This document shows, one piece after another, positions 26,277-37,666 of a stretch of 54,971 nucleotides of DNA. The notes below the pieces were generated by a model that saw nothing but the letters and a program-made list of their open reading frames with translations, was not told the origin of the DNA and ran no database searches. Where the stretch lies: NCBI GenBank assembly GCA_048213135.1, contig PS015135.1:56641-111611 (forward strand), in the 5' to 3' direction. How positions within the stretch are numbered: position 1 is the stretch's first letter; every line of letters begins with the position of its first letter. The translations under genes and the position numbers were made by a program. The DNA comes from Reclinomonas americana ATCC 50394. Its lineage: Eukaryota.

Positions 26277-28927
26277 TTACACGTGCAGTTGTGTGCGCTC
26301 CTTGGTGATGTGCTGGCGGTACTTGTCGAGCATGGGATCGATCTCCTCGCGGATGAACTCCTCCACTTGCTGCGGTGCGCGGCCGACAAAGCGGCGCGCG
26401 TCGACTACGTCATCGAGCTTGTCGCGCACCTTGGCGAACTCGGGTGCCGCCCGGATGCGATCCAGCAGGTCATTGCCCGCTCCCTCCTCCTTCACGCGGC
26501 TGTTCAAATGCAGAGAGAGTGAGTATCTCTTCCTCTCTCTCCCTCACTCTCTCTCTCTCTCCGCACCGCGCGCTCTCCATGGACAGTCGACGAATCACTT
26601 CGTGCAGCTCCTGTCGATCGCCACCGGCTTTGACGGCGGCCATAAGAATGTTCTCCGTGGCCATGAACGGCAACTCGGCTTGCAAATGCTTCTCGATCAC
26701 GCGCGGCCACACCTGCAGTCCGTCGGCGACGTTGGCGACCGTGTTGAGGATGCCGTCGACCGCCAGGAACATCTGCGGAATGCTCAACCGTCGGTTGGCG
26801 CTGTCGTCCAGCGTGCGCTCAAACCACTGGTTGGCGTGCGTGTGACTGGCGTTCGCGGCGAGTGTCGTGGCAAAGCGGCTGAGCGAGCAAATGCGCTCGC
26901 ACCGCATCGGATTGCTACAGGCGGAGCAGTGTGAGAGCAGATAAACACATAGGCCCTCACATCCGGAACACCTGTTTCGTTTCCCGCATTCTTCTTCCTC
27001 TCTCTCATCTCTTCCCCCTCCCCATCCCTTCCCCACACACACCGCTTGTAGGGCATGGCAGAGCTGCCGATCTGGGACTTCTCGAACGGCTCCTCGATCT
27101 CCTTCATGCTCATCAACAGTCGAATGTCCACGGCCATCTTGTTGGCGCTCTCACCGATGCCGGCCAGCACGTTGAGGATCATGGTGTCGAGCTTGCGCGT
27201 GTACGTTTGACCGCTACCCAGAATGGTGAGAAGGCTGATGCAAGAGCGGTGAGACACAAGCCTCGTACCTCACGGGAATGCTGCGCGAAAAGTTCATCAG
27301 CTGGCACACTCGCTTGTCGAGCTCGCGCACCTTGCTGTGGTCTCCGGCAAACAGCTCGAGGAAGCTGGCTTGCGTGCCAGTGGTGCCCTGCGCCGCCGCG
27401 AATGAGACAAACAAAGGCACACTTCATTGTGCCTGCACACACACACACACAGGCCTTGACGCCTCGCATGGGCATGTTCTCAATCAGGTCCAACACCGAG
27501 TGCAAATCCATCCAAAAGTCCTGCATCCACAGCGTGGAGCGCTTGCCGACCCTGGTGCACATGTGCGGTGAGAAAGAGATGACTCCACTCGCACAAGTCG
27601 CAAGGAGAGAAATGCACGCAACGTCGTCAGCTGCGCCGGCTGGAAATGCGTAAAGCCGAGGGTCGGCATGTCCTTGTACTGCAGCGCAAAGTCACGCAGC
27701 AGCGACATGACTTTTAGCAGCTTGTCGCGGAGCATGCCCAGGCCGGAGCGCATCAAAATCAGTTCGGAATTGTCGCCCACGTAGCACGAGGTGGCGCCGA
27801 GGTGGATAATGCCCTTGGCCGACGGACTATTGTGAATAAGAGGGTGAGTGGGTGGGATGCACGAGGGGTGGCAAAGTAACGCAACACTTGCTCGCCGTAC
27901 ACGTGAATGTGCGCCATCACGTCGTGCCGCAACTCGCGCTCCTTTTGCGCCACGCGCGCAAAGTCAATGGTCTGCGTCGCCGCACGGAGGGCCTCGACTT
28001 GGGCCTGCAGAAGGTGGAGAAGAAGGGCACGATAAGGAGAGAGGCCACGGAAAGAAGGGGAAGGAGGCGGAAGGCGGCAAGTAAGAGCTGTCTGTCAGCA
28101 TATCTGCTTCTCTTCTTTGCACAGGAGGAGATCAACAAAGAGAAGCAGAAGGAAGAGGAGAGCTGCCTGCTTGCTTCTCTTTCTCTCCTTGAATGTACAT
28201 GAAGGCAGAGAGGAGAAGGGACAAACGTGCTGCGTTGCATGCAAGTCTGCTTCTCCTGCTACCTGTGCATCTGCCTGCCACACGTTAACAAGCGAACAAC
28301 AGTGACAAAGAGCAGCAAAGGGAACAGGTTTTCCTTACTTCTGCTGCCCTTCCTCTCTTTCTCTGACTGTGTATATGCCTGCCAGACACCAACAAGAGAA
28401 GAACAGAGGTGCAGAGGGGCAGGGAAGCCACCTGCAAGCCTGCTGCCCCCAAAGTTATTCCGGTACCCATTCCCCCCCCTTTCTCCCCCCTTTTCTCCCT
28501 CCCCCTTTCCCCCCTTCACTTGCTCACCTTGGAGACACCCGGCACTCCCAGCTCACACTGCGCCTGCGCCAGCGCGACCCACAGCTCACGCCACGTCGAG
28601 TAGCGCTTTTGCGGCGAGAACAGAAAGCTCATTTCGCGACTGGCATACCGCCCCACCAGAGGGTTGTCGTACACCAAGTTCTCTGTGTGAGAGAAAGTGA
28701 GTGACAAAGAGAGTACTTCTCTCTATGTTGGAAGGCGCATGCACCTGCAGCAACACCCGGATGCGACTTGGAGAATGCACGACGAGTCACAAGCGACCTG
28801 ATACACACACAGATGCATTGTCAGCGCCTATCTTCTTGGGTGTATGTGAGAGAGTGGACGTGACACACCACTGCGTGTGAGTGCGAGGCACCACAGAGGT
28901 GGAACGAGACAGCGCGCGCCACAACAT
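26277..28927 (-). CDS. ADSL: Adenylosuccinate lyase with an N-terminal extension
   Basis: [93 protein letters not shown]; nine introns traced. Confidence 0.97.
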
Positions 28928-29024
28928 GACCGCAATTGACACTGCACATGCAATTTCATTGTTGTTTGTTTTCGAACTCTCTCACTTGTCTCTCTCTGTC
29001 TCACTCTTCTTGGGCATTGCTGCA

Positions 29025-32000
29025 TTACTGCTTGCCGACCATGTCTGTGGCGGCCTGCTCGACCTCTGGGAAGGAGGCCAGCACGTCGGCCCATGTCCGT
29101 CGGCCGTCGCAAATGTCGGCGACTGCGCGCGCCAGGTCGTCCATGGAACCGCGCACTTGGCGGCACGAGTCGCGCTCGCGCAGTGTCACCGACCCGTTGG
29201 CCACCGTGTCAAAGTCAATGGTCATGCCGAACGGGATACCGAGCTCGTCGGCACGGGCGTACCGCCGACCAATGTTGGCGCTGCTGGCGTCGGCGCGGAA
29301 GGTGACGTAGTTGCGGTGCAGGGCGGTCTCTGCGGGTTGTTGTGTGAACGATGAGAAAACGAGGACGCGGAGGTGCAACACATCACAGTTGCACGCAACT
29401 GGCCTGCTCCACAAACGGCACAAAGTCCGTGTTGCCGCTGAGCGGCAGCACGGTGCACTTGTAGGGTGCGACGGCCGGGCTCAATGACAGCACCTGCATG
29501 GTGTTCGCATGAGACAAAGAAGATGGATGAAAGAGACGGGGGTAGAGAGGTGCACGCAACTCCGCGTGCCTCGTCACCCTCGCGCGTCCAGTAGGCCTGC
29601 TCCAGCAGGGCATACAGAATGCGACCAATGCCGAATGACGGCTCAATCACATTGGGGACGTAGTTGTAGCCGCTCACACGCTTCTCCACCTCCTTGAAGG
29701 AGACCATGTCGCGGGTGATGGTGATGCTCTCTCCGGCGTCGCCAATCACGATGGTGTGTTGGCTGCGGAGAGGGGTGGGAAAGTGTAAGTCCACAGAATA
29801 GGTCACGAAGATAGGATTCTCAACCGGCGAGAAGATGAGGATGAAAGAAAGCATCTCTTTCCATCAAGCACGCATCACAGCGAGACAAAAGCAACCAAAA
29901 AAAGGAAAGAAACGAGAAACGACGCACGGCAACAGAACACAAGGACTATCTGCCTCCAGCGCGATCCACAAAACGGGGGAGATATCGCAACAGAACCCCT
30001 CACAAGCAGAGTGCAAGACACAAGTCCCTCTCACTCTTCCTCATCCACAGCCCCCAGCACCAACCAAGAGACAAGAAACGCGCGCACATATTGACCACAT
30101 CACATACAGAGCGCAAAAAAGACACTAGTCTCTCACTCCTCACCAAGCACAATCGCAACCAAGAGACAACAAACACCACATGTTGGACGCAAGCACAAAT
30201 CACAACAACAAACACGCACACATCTCTCCTCTCTTCCCCACCCTTTCCCTTCCTTGTCCCTGCCACTTACCCAGCATTGTCGAGTGCCTCCTGAATGCAC
30301 CGCGCCTCCGCCTCCGTGACATTCTCGAGGTACGCCTGCGCACCGCCGGCCTGCTTCTTCAGCGCGCGGCCGAGCACCTGCTTGTTGAACTGCGGCTCCC
30401 ACACGCGCACAAGGCGCGGCTCGTCGTAGTCCTCGCGCGCCGTCAGCTCCACCTTGGACACACTCTGGTGCTGCGTCAGATCGAACGCCGAGCGATCGGC
30501 GATACCCACACACTCGACCCAGCCGTACGAGGTCTTGATCTCGGCATCCCAGCAGTCGGCAGCGTAGTGAGCTGTTGCACGCAGACACATGAGTTGACTG
30601 TTGACTCTCCCCCTCTCCCACCCACACATTCACACCAACGCACCCATCTCTGTCCGTCGGTGCTGGCGGAAGCGCAGGCAGTCGGCGCGGATACCCACGT
30701 CCAACATGAACAGGTAGGTGCGGCCGATAAAGTAGCCGAGAGTCTCGTTGTTGATCATGCCCGACGACACGGCGCTGCCAATCGTCACCTTGATGGTCTT
30801 CTCACCGGCATCCTGCAGTGGTGCGGGCCACACGGTGATCTCCAGATCGGCGACAGTCGGGAACGACGGATGTGACTTGTCGGCCGGGTTCACAAAGTGC
30901 TCGATCTCGGCCAGGGTGAATTCCCTGCACGTGAGATCTTCCGTCAGCAGGGATGCACGCAAGAAACACGCACGCAAGCACAAAATCAAATGCGCGTACT
31001 CACTAACACGCACATCATCAATAACAAACACCCGTACACACTCACTCGCTCACACACAAATTCACATTCACGCTGCCACTCAGAGACACACACACACACA
31101 CACAAACTCTCACTCATTCACGCGCACACACACTCACACATGCACACACTGTCTCAGGAACTCACTCGCACATCAAACGCATGCACTCACTCGACACTCA
31201 CTTGTTTACACTCCCACACTTTGTGCGTCAATCCCATCCTCTCTCAGTGTAAGTATCACTTACTCACTCTTCTCCTACACTTCTCTCTATCACATGCACA
31301 CTCGGGCATGCATACACACAAATACAACCTCCCTCTCTCTCATCACACTTCATCTCTTTCGCTCACTTACCCCTTTCCTCTTCACACACACACGCACACA
31401 CACAGTGACAGACACAAACACAAACCCTCTCCTTCTGTCTATGCATCTCTCCTTTTTTCTCTCCCTTCTCCTTATCCCTCCCTTTCCCTTATTCCTTCTC
31501 ACCCACCTGACACGCAGGAGACCATTGCGCGGCGCAATCTCATTTCTGAACGCCTGACCAATGGTGGCGGCGGCAAACGGCATGCGGCCACCGTTGAACT
31601 CCAACAGGCGCTTGAAGTTGACAAAGATACCCTGCGCCGTCTCTGGTCGCAGGTAGCCCTGCGAGCCGTCCACGGGGCCAATGTTGGTCCCGAACATCAG
31701 GTTGAAGGGGAAGGGGTTGGAGACCGGGTTGCCGTTGTGCGACTTGACACCGATCGTCTGCATGATTTGACCGAGCTCGTCCGCGTCGTAGGCATCGGCC
31801 TGTGTGCAAAAAGAGAGGGAGAACAAGTCAGATGATTAAGACCAACAAAGTCTTCTCCCCCTTTGCCACACACACGCAACGTTGCGAATGTAGGCCTCGT
31901 ATTGCAGGCGCTCCTCGGCCGTGATCTCCACACTGGCCAGCTTCTGGTGGCAAAACTCCTCCAGCAGCTTGTCGGCACGCAGGCACTCGTTGGTGACTGT

Positions 32001-32912
32001 GTCGCGCACCATGAAATCGTTGAAGCGATCGACGTGGCCCGAGGTCTTGAGCACCACCGCCGGTGTCAACGACGTCGTATCGATCTCCAGCATGTTCTCC
32101 GCATCGACAAAGTGACGGCGCCACCGCGCAATGAAGTTGGCCTTGATGGCGCAGCCAGGTGGACCGTAATCAAACAGACCAGCGACACCACCATAGATGC
32201 CAAAGGCCGGGTTGACAATGAACTTGCGCTTCAGCAGCGCATCGAATGCCTCGCGATTGATCACCAGCTTGTCCTCCGCAGCCTGCGCCGCGTGAGCCTC
32301 CGACAACTGCATGCATCGGCGTTGTTTGAGCAAATTCGCGCGCCAAAATCGGACTACATGCGCATAAATGTGCGATTCACACCTTCTTGCGAATCGTCTG
32401 CAGCTGATCGACAGCCGCATCGATCTGCTCCTTGCTGGCACCAGAGCCCTGCACACACATCGACAGGTGTCACGCGGAAGAACTTGTCTGTCGTGCACAT
32501 GTCGCGCCATGTACAACTCACACACACACACACGCACACAAGGGAGGGCAAGCGAGAAGAGAGAGAGACACGCGCACGCGTGCGCATTTGTGCATAAGGA
32601 GAGTGGGCGATGGGAGCACGCAGTGACTGGTGCATCGTCGAGGTCAAATGTGAGCTCCTCATTCCCCCCTTGTCGCGACATGACAGCCCACCACACGCAC
32701 CACTCTCGCCACCCGCGACGTGCAGACAGCACACACAAGTGGAGCTCTCACACTCTCTCTGTCACTCACAAGCACACACGCAGAGAGACAGCTGAACTCC
32801 GCACAGTGAACAAACTCACCTCCGCCTTGAGCGTGCGGACCAGCTCCCTCTGCGCGTCCAACTCAGCGTTCAACGCTGACAATGCATCTGCTGCCGAAGC
32901 CGAAGCCGCCAT
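29025..32912 (-). CDS. GARS1: Glycyl-tRNA synthetase (dimeric, eukaryotic type) with an N-terminal WHEP-like domain
   Basis: [89 protein letters not shown]; eight introns traced. Confidence 0.97.
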
Positions 32913-33421
32913 CGTTGCTGTCTCACTCGACAATCACAAAAACGGAGTTGAGATGCCAAGGACAATGCATTGTCCTTGCTGACTGTGACGCGTCAAGGGC
33001 GCCAGAGCGGATACGTAGCTGGTGTGCATTCTTGGCGTGCGTAATACAAGCCACCGTTGCGCAAGAGCTCGACTGGCACGATTTTCGATCGCGACGTCGA
33101 TATCGATTTCCGCGACGTTGAGCTTTCCAGGTGAGCGGGCCTCGAAAAGCCCGACTTTGACGCCTCCTACGCACAGTGCAATCGAGTTGCAATTGTTGGC
33201 TCTCACCGTTGAAGCGCGTTTGACTGCATACGTATACGAGGCAAGCGACGTCGGGTCCGAATTGCAGCTGCAACTTCGTATGCCACTTTCTGATCGCACA
33301 AAGCTCAGCATCGCTTTCTACACCGTGATGAATGCACTCTTTCCCCGCATCCCTTCAGCGTCTTGCACAATAGACTCGGGAACAAATGTCCTGCGTTCTT
33401 TCACGCGCTTAACTCAAAAAA

Positions 33422-36400
33422 ATGGAGCCGGCGACGGCCTCGCCCTCACACAAGCGCATTTTCGACCACTACTTCAAGGGCATTCCCGTGATCCGTGCCG
33501 CCATTGAGCAGCAACCACCCTCCGCCACACAACAACACCAACAACGCACAGTGATCACACGCAGTGGACGCGCAGGCCGCATTCGCCAGGCGTTGCATGT
33601 GCGCGCCACCGCCGAAGTCATTGCCTCCGCCGTGCAGCGCAAGTTGAAGCACGTCGTGTCCTCGGCAGTCGCCGCGCAGCAAGATGATGATGATGATGAT
33701 GAGCAGCAAGGAGGGGAACGAGTCATTGCGCGTCGGCGATTGTCTCCATTGTCACCGGCGACTGCGGGTGTGAAGCAGTTCGACTCGACCGAGCTGCGCA
33801 ATGACTATCTGGAGTCGTTGACGCGTCGGTATGAGGACTCGGCGGCGCTGCAGGCGTCGAATGTGCGGGCGCTGGAGAGTCGCGTGGAAGAGCTGGAGCG
33901 TGTGGTGGCGGTGTCGCAGCGCGAGGCAGCGGTGTCGCGCAAGGAGGCGCTGGTGGCGCAGGAGGTGGCGAGGGAGTTGCAGATGCGCGTGGAGTTGAGT
34001 CAAGATGACAATGGGGAAGGGGGAGGGATGAGAGAGAGAGGGAGAGTATGCAGGGTTTGAGTGCTGCTTCTTGACAAGGACGCGCTGTTGGTGTATGACA
34101 GGAAGAGGGGACGCAGAGTTCGAGAGCTTACTTCTTGTCGAGGACGTGCTTGTGTTGGTGTAGGGAAGAAGGCTGAGGTTGATTGCTAGCTCGTGCCGCG
34201 CTATTGGTAGAGNNNNNNNNNNNNNNNNNNNNNNNNNNNNNNNNNNNNNNNNNNNNNNNNNNNNNNNNNNNNNNNNNNNNNNNNNNNNNNNNNNNNNNNN
34301 NNNNNNNNNNNNNNNNNNNNNNNNNNNNNNNNNNNNNNNNNNNNNNNNNNNNNNNNNNNNNNNNNNNNNNNNNNNNNNNNNNNNNNNNNNNNNNNNNNNN
34401 NNNNNNNNNNNNNNNNNNNNNNNNNNNNNNNNNNNNNNNNNNNNNNNNNNNNNNNNNNNNNNNNNNNNNNNNNNNNNNNNNNNNNNNNNNNNNNNNNNNN
34501 NNNNNNNNNNNNNNNNNNNNNNNNNNNNNNNNNNNNNNNNNNNNNNNNNNNNNNNNNNNNNNNNNNNNNNNNNNNNNNNNNNNNNNNNNNNNNNNNNNNN
34601 NNNNNNNNNNNNNNNNNNNNNNNNNNNNNNNNNNNNNNNNNNNNNNNNNNNNNNNNNNNNNNNNNNNNNNNNNNNNNNNNNNNNNNNNNNNNNNNNNNNN
34701 NNNNNNNNNNNNNNNNNNNNNNNNNNNNNNNNNNNNNNNNNNNNNNNNNNNNNNNNNNNNNNNNNNNNNNNNNNNNNNNNNNNNNNNNNNNNNNNNNNNN
34801 NNNNNNNNNNNNNNNNNNNNNNNNNNNNNNNNNNNNNNNNNNNNNNNNNNNNNNNNNNNNNNNNNNNNNNNNNNNNNNNNNNNNNNNNNNNNNNNNNNNN
34901 NNNNNNNNNNNNNNNNNNNNNNNNNNNNNNNNNNNNAGGAGTGAGCGGGAGAAGCTGTGCAGGAACAGGGACGGTGACGCGGGGAAGAGAACGAAACAAT
35001 GAGAGCACGAGTCAAGGAGTTATTGGAAAGGAAGCAGCTTTCCTTGTTCTCTTCGAAAACAGAACTGTTCTCTCTCCTGCATCTCTCTGCCTCCCTTCTC
35101 TCTTTCTCTTCCTCCCTCATTATCCTTGTCTTCTCCTCAATTCTCTCTCTCTCTTGTCTCCACATCGTCATTCGCTCATCTTTCTCTCACTCTGTGCGTG
35201 CTTCGCTCTCTTCTTCGTCTTCGCTTCCCGTCNNNNNNNNNNNNNNNNNNNNNNNNNNNNNNNNNNNNNNNNNNNNNNNNNNNNNNNNNNNNNNNNNNNN
35301 NNNNNNNNNNNNNNNNNNNNNNNNNNNNNNNNNNNNNNNNNNNNNNNNNNNNNNNNNNNNNNNNNNNNNNNNNNNNNNNNNNNNNNNNNNNNNNNNNNNN
35401 NNNNNNNNNNNNNNNNNNNNNNNNNNNNNNNNNNNNNNNNNNNNNNNNNNNNNNNNNNNNNNNNNNNNNNNNNNNNNNNNNNNNNNNNNNNNNNNNNNNN
35501 NNNNNNNNNNNNNNNNNNNNNNNNNNNNNNNNNNNNNNNNNNNNNNNNNNNNNNNNNNNNNNNNNNNNNNNNNNNNNNNNNNNNNNNNNNNNNNNNNNNN
35601 NNNNNNNNNNNNNNNNNNNNNNNNNNNNNNNNNNNNNNNNNNNNNNNNNNNNNNNNNNNNNNNNNNNNNNNNNNNNNNNNNNNNNNNNNNNNNNNNNNNN
35701 NNNNNNNGTCCCTTTCCCTCCTTCATTTCTCTCTCTCTCTCTCTTCTATCTCCTTCCCTCCTCTCCCGCCCTTCTTTCTCTCTCTTGTGTCTCCTGCATT
35801 TGTTCTCTCCTGTCCCCTCACTTCTCCCGTCTCCGTTTCGTCTCTCACCCTTTTTTCCCCCTTCTTCCTTCCCCTTCCCCCTTCCCCCCTTCCCCCCTTG
35901 CCCCCCTTCTCCCTCTCACTTTCCCCCTTCTGCGCACAGCGACGCGGAGGCACGACGAGTGGCGGCGGATCAGGAGAGAGTGGCGGCGGTGGCGGAGCTG
36001 GCGAGCGTGCAGGCGCAACTTCGCGGCGAGTTGGAACGACACGAGGGCATGAATGCGGTGGTGCGTACTCCTTGTTGCAGCTATTCCGCTCAAACACATT
36101 CGCTGATCAAGCATGCCTCGGCAGGAGGAACACCGGCAGAGATTAGCGGCGGAACAGGAGGCCGCCGAGCTTCGCGACCAGCTGCACAGATTGCAGACGC
36201 AGTACGACGCCGATCCACAGCGCGATTTGCACGATCGGATGGTCGATGTGACGCGAGACTTGGCCCGGACGACCACCGATCGCGACGTGTTGCGGGAACG
36301 GTTGCGGTACATGAAGGATCGGCTCGAGTTGCTGCAGACGGAGAGGGATCAGGCGGTGGCTGCAGCGGCCGGCAACTCGTCTGGCGGCCCCGGCAGCGGT

Positions 36401-36633
36401 CAGCGAATCGAGGAGTTGCAGGCGGCACTCGCCACGTCCGAGTCACAGGTGTGTGCCGCACATCGTCCCATTCCCCGCATATTGCGTATGTCGCTCACTG
36501 GCTCGCTGCGCAGCGCCACATTCTCGAGGAGCGCGTCAGTCATTTGTCGCTGTCGGCAGAAAAATATTTGTTGGTGCTCGACCAGCTGCGCGACGCGGAA
36601 GAACGCCTGCTGCTGGCCAACCGCGAGATGAGA
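33422..36633 (+). CDS. Coiled-coil protein, fragmented by gaps and 3'-incomplete
   Basis: ATG in aaaaaATGG context; heptad-rich exons at ~33422-34000, 35940-36060, 36125-36448 and 36514 onward, with GT-AG junctions. Confidence 0.65.
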
Positions 36634-37666
36634 NNNNNNNNNNNNNNNNNNNNNNNNNNNNNNNNNNNNNNNNNNNNNNNNNNNNNNNNNNNNNNNNNNN
36701 NNNNNNNNNNNNNNNNNNNNNNNNNNNNNNNNNNNNNNNNNNNNNNNNNNNNNNNNNNNNNNNNNNNNNNNNNNNNNNNNNNNNNNNNNNNNNNNNNNNN
36801 NNNNNNNNNNNNNNNNNNNNNNNNNNNNNNNNNNNNNNNNNNNNNNNNNNNNNNNNNNNNNNNNNNNNNNNNNNNNNNNNNNNNNNNNNNNNNNNNNNNN
36901 NNNNNNNNNNNNNNNNNNNNNNNNNNNNNNNNNNNNNNNNNNNNNNNNNNNNNNNNNNNNNNNNNNNNNNNNNNNNNNNNNNNNNNNNNNNNNNNNNNNN
37001 NNNNNNNNNNNNNNNNNNNNNNNNNNNNNNNNNNNNNNNNNNNNNNNNNNNNNNNNNNNNNNNNNNNNNNNNNNNNNNNNNNNNNNNNNNNNNNNNNNNN
37101 NNNNNNNNNNNNNNNNNNNNNNNNNNNNNNNNNNNNNNNNNNNNNNNNNNNNNNNNNNNNNNNNNNNNNNNNNNNNNNNNNNNNNNNNNNNNNNNNNNNN
37201 NNNNNNNNNNNNNNNNNNNNNNNNNNNNNNNNNNNNNNNNNNNNNNNNNNNNNNNNNNNNNNNNNNNNNNNNNNNNNNNNNNNNNNNNNNNNNNNNNNNN
37301 NNNNNNNNNNNNNNNNNNNNNNNNNNNNNNNNNNNNNNNNNNNNNNNNNNNNNNNNNNNNNNNNNNNNNNNNNNNNNNNNNNNNNNNNNNNNNNNNNNNN
37401 NNNNNNNNNNNNNNNNNNNNNNNNNNNNNNNNNNNNNNNNNNNNNNNNNNNNNNNNNNNNNNNNNNNNNNNNNNNNNNNNNNNNNNNNNNNNNNNNNNNN
37501 NNNNNNNNNNNNNNNNNNNNNNNNNNNNNNNNNNNNNNNNNNNNNNNNNNNNNNNNNNNNNNNNNNNNNNNNNNNNNNNNNNNNNNNNNNNNNNNNNNNN
37601 NNNNNNNNNNNNNNNNNNNNNNNNNNNNNNNNCCTCCCCTCACTGCCATGCAACAAATCAACAAAA

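Noticed and set aside
26277-32912. Alternative genetic code or stop-codon readthrough
   Set aside because: Every in-frame stop in ADSL, GlyRS, FZR1 and NAA30 falls within a traceable intron, and conserved residues decode normally
32980-33420. RNase P/MRP or U3-like ncRNA
   Set aside because: Hairpins are present, but I could not find the diagnostic conserved boxes
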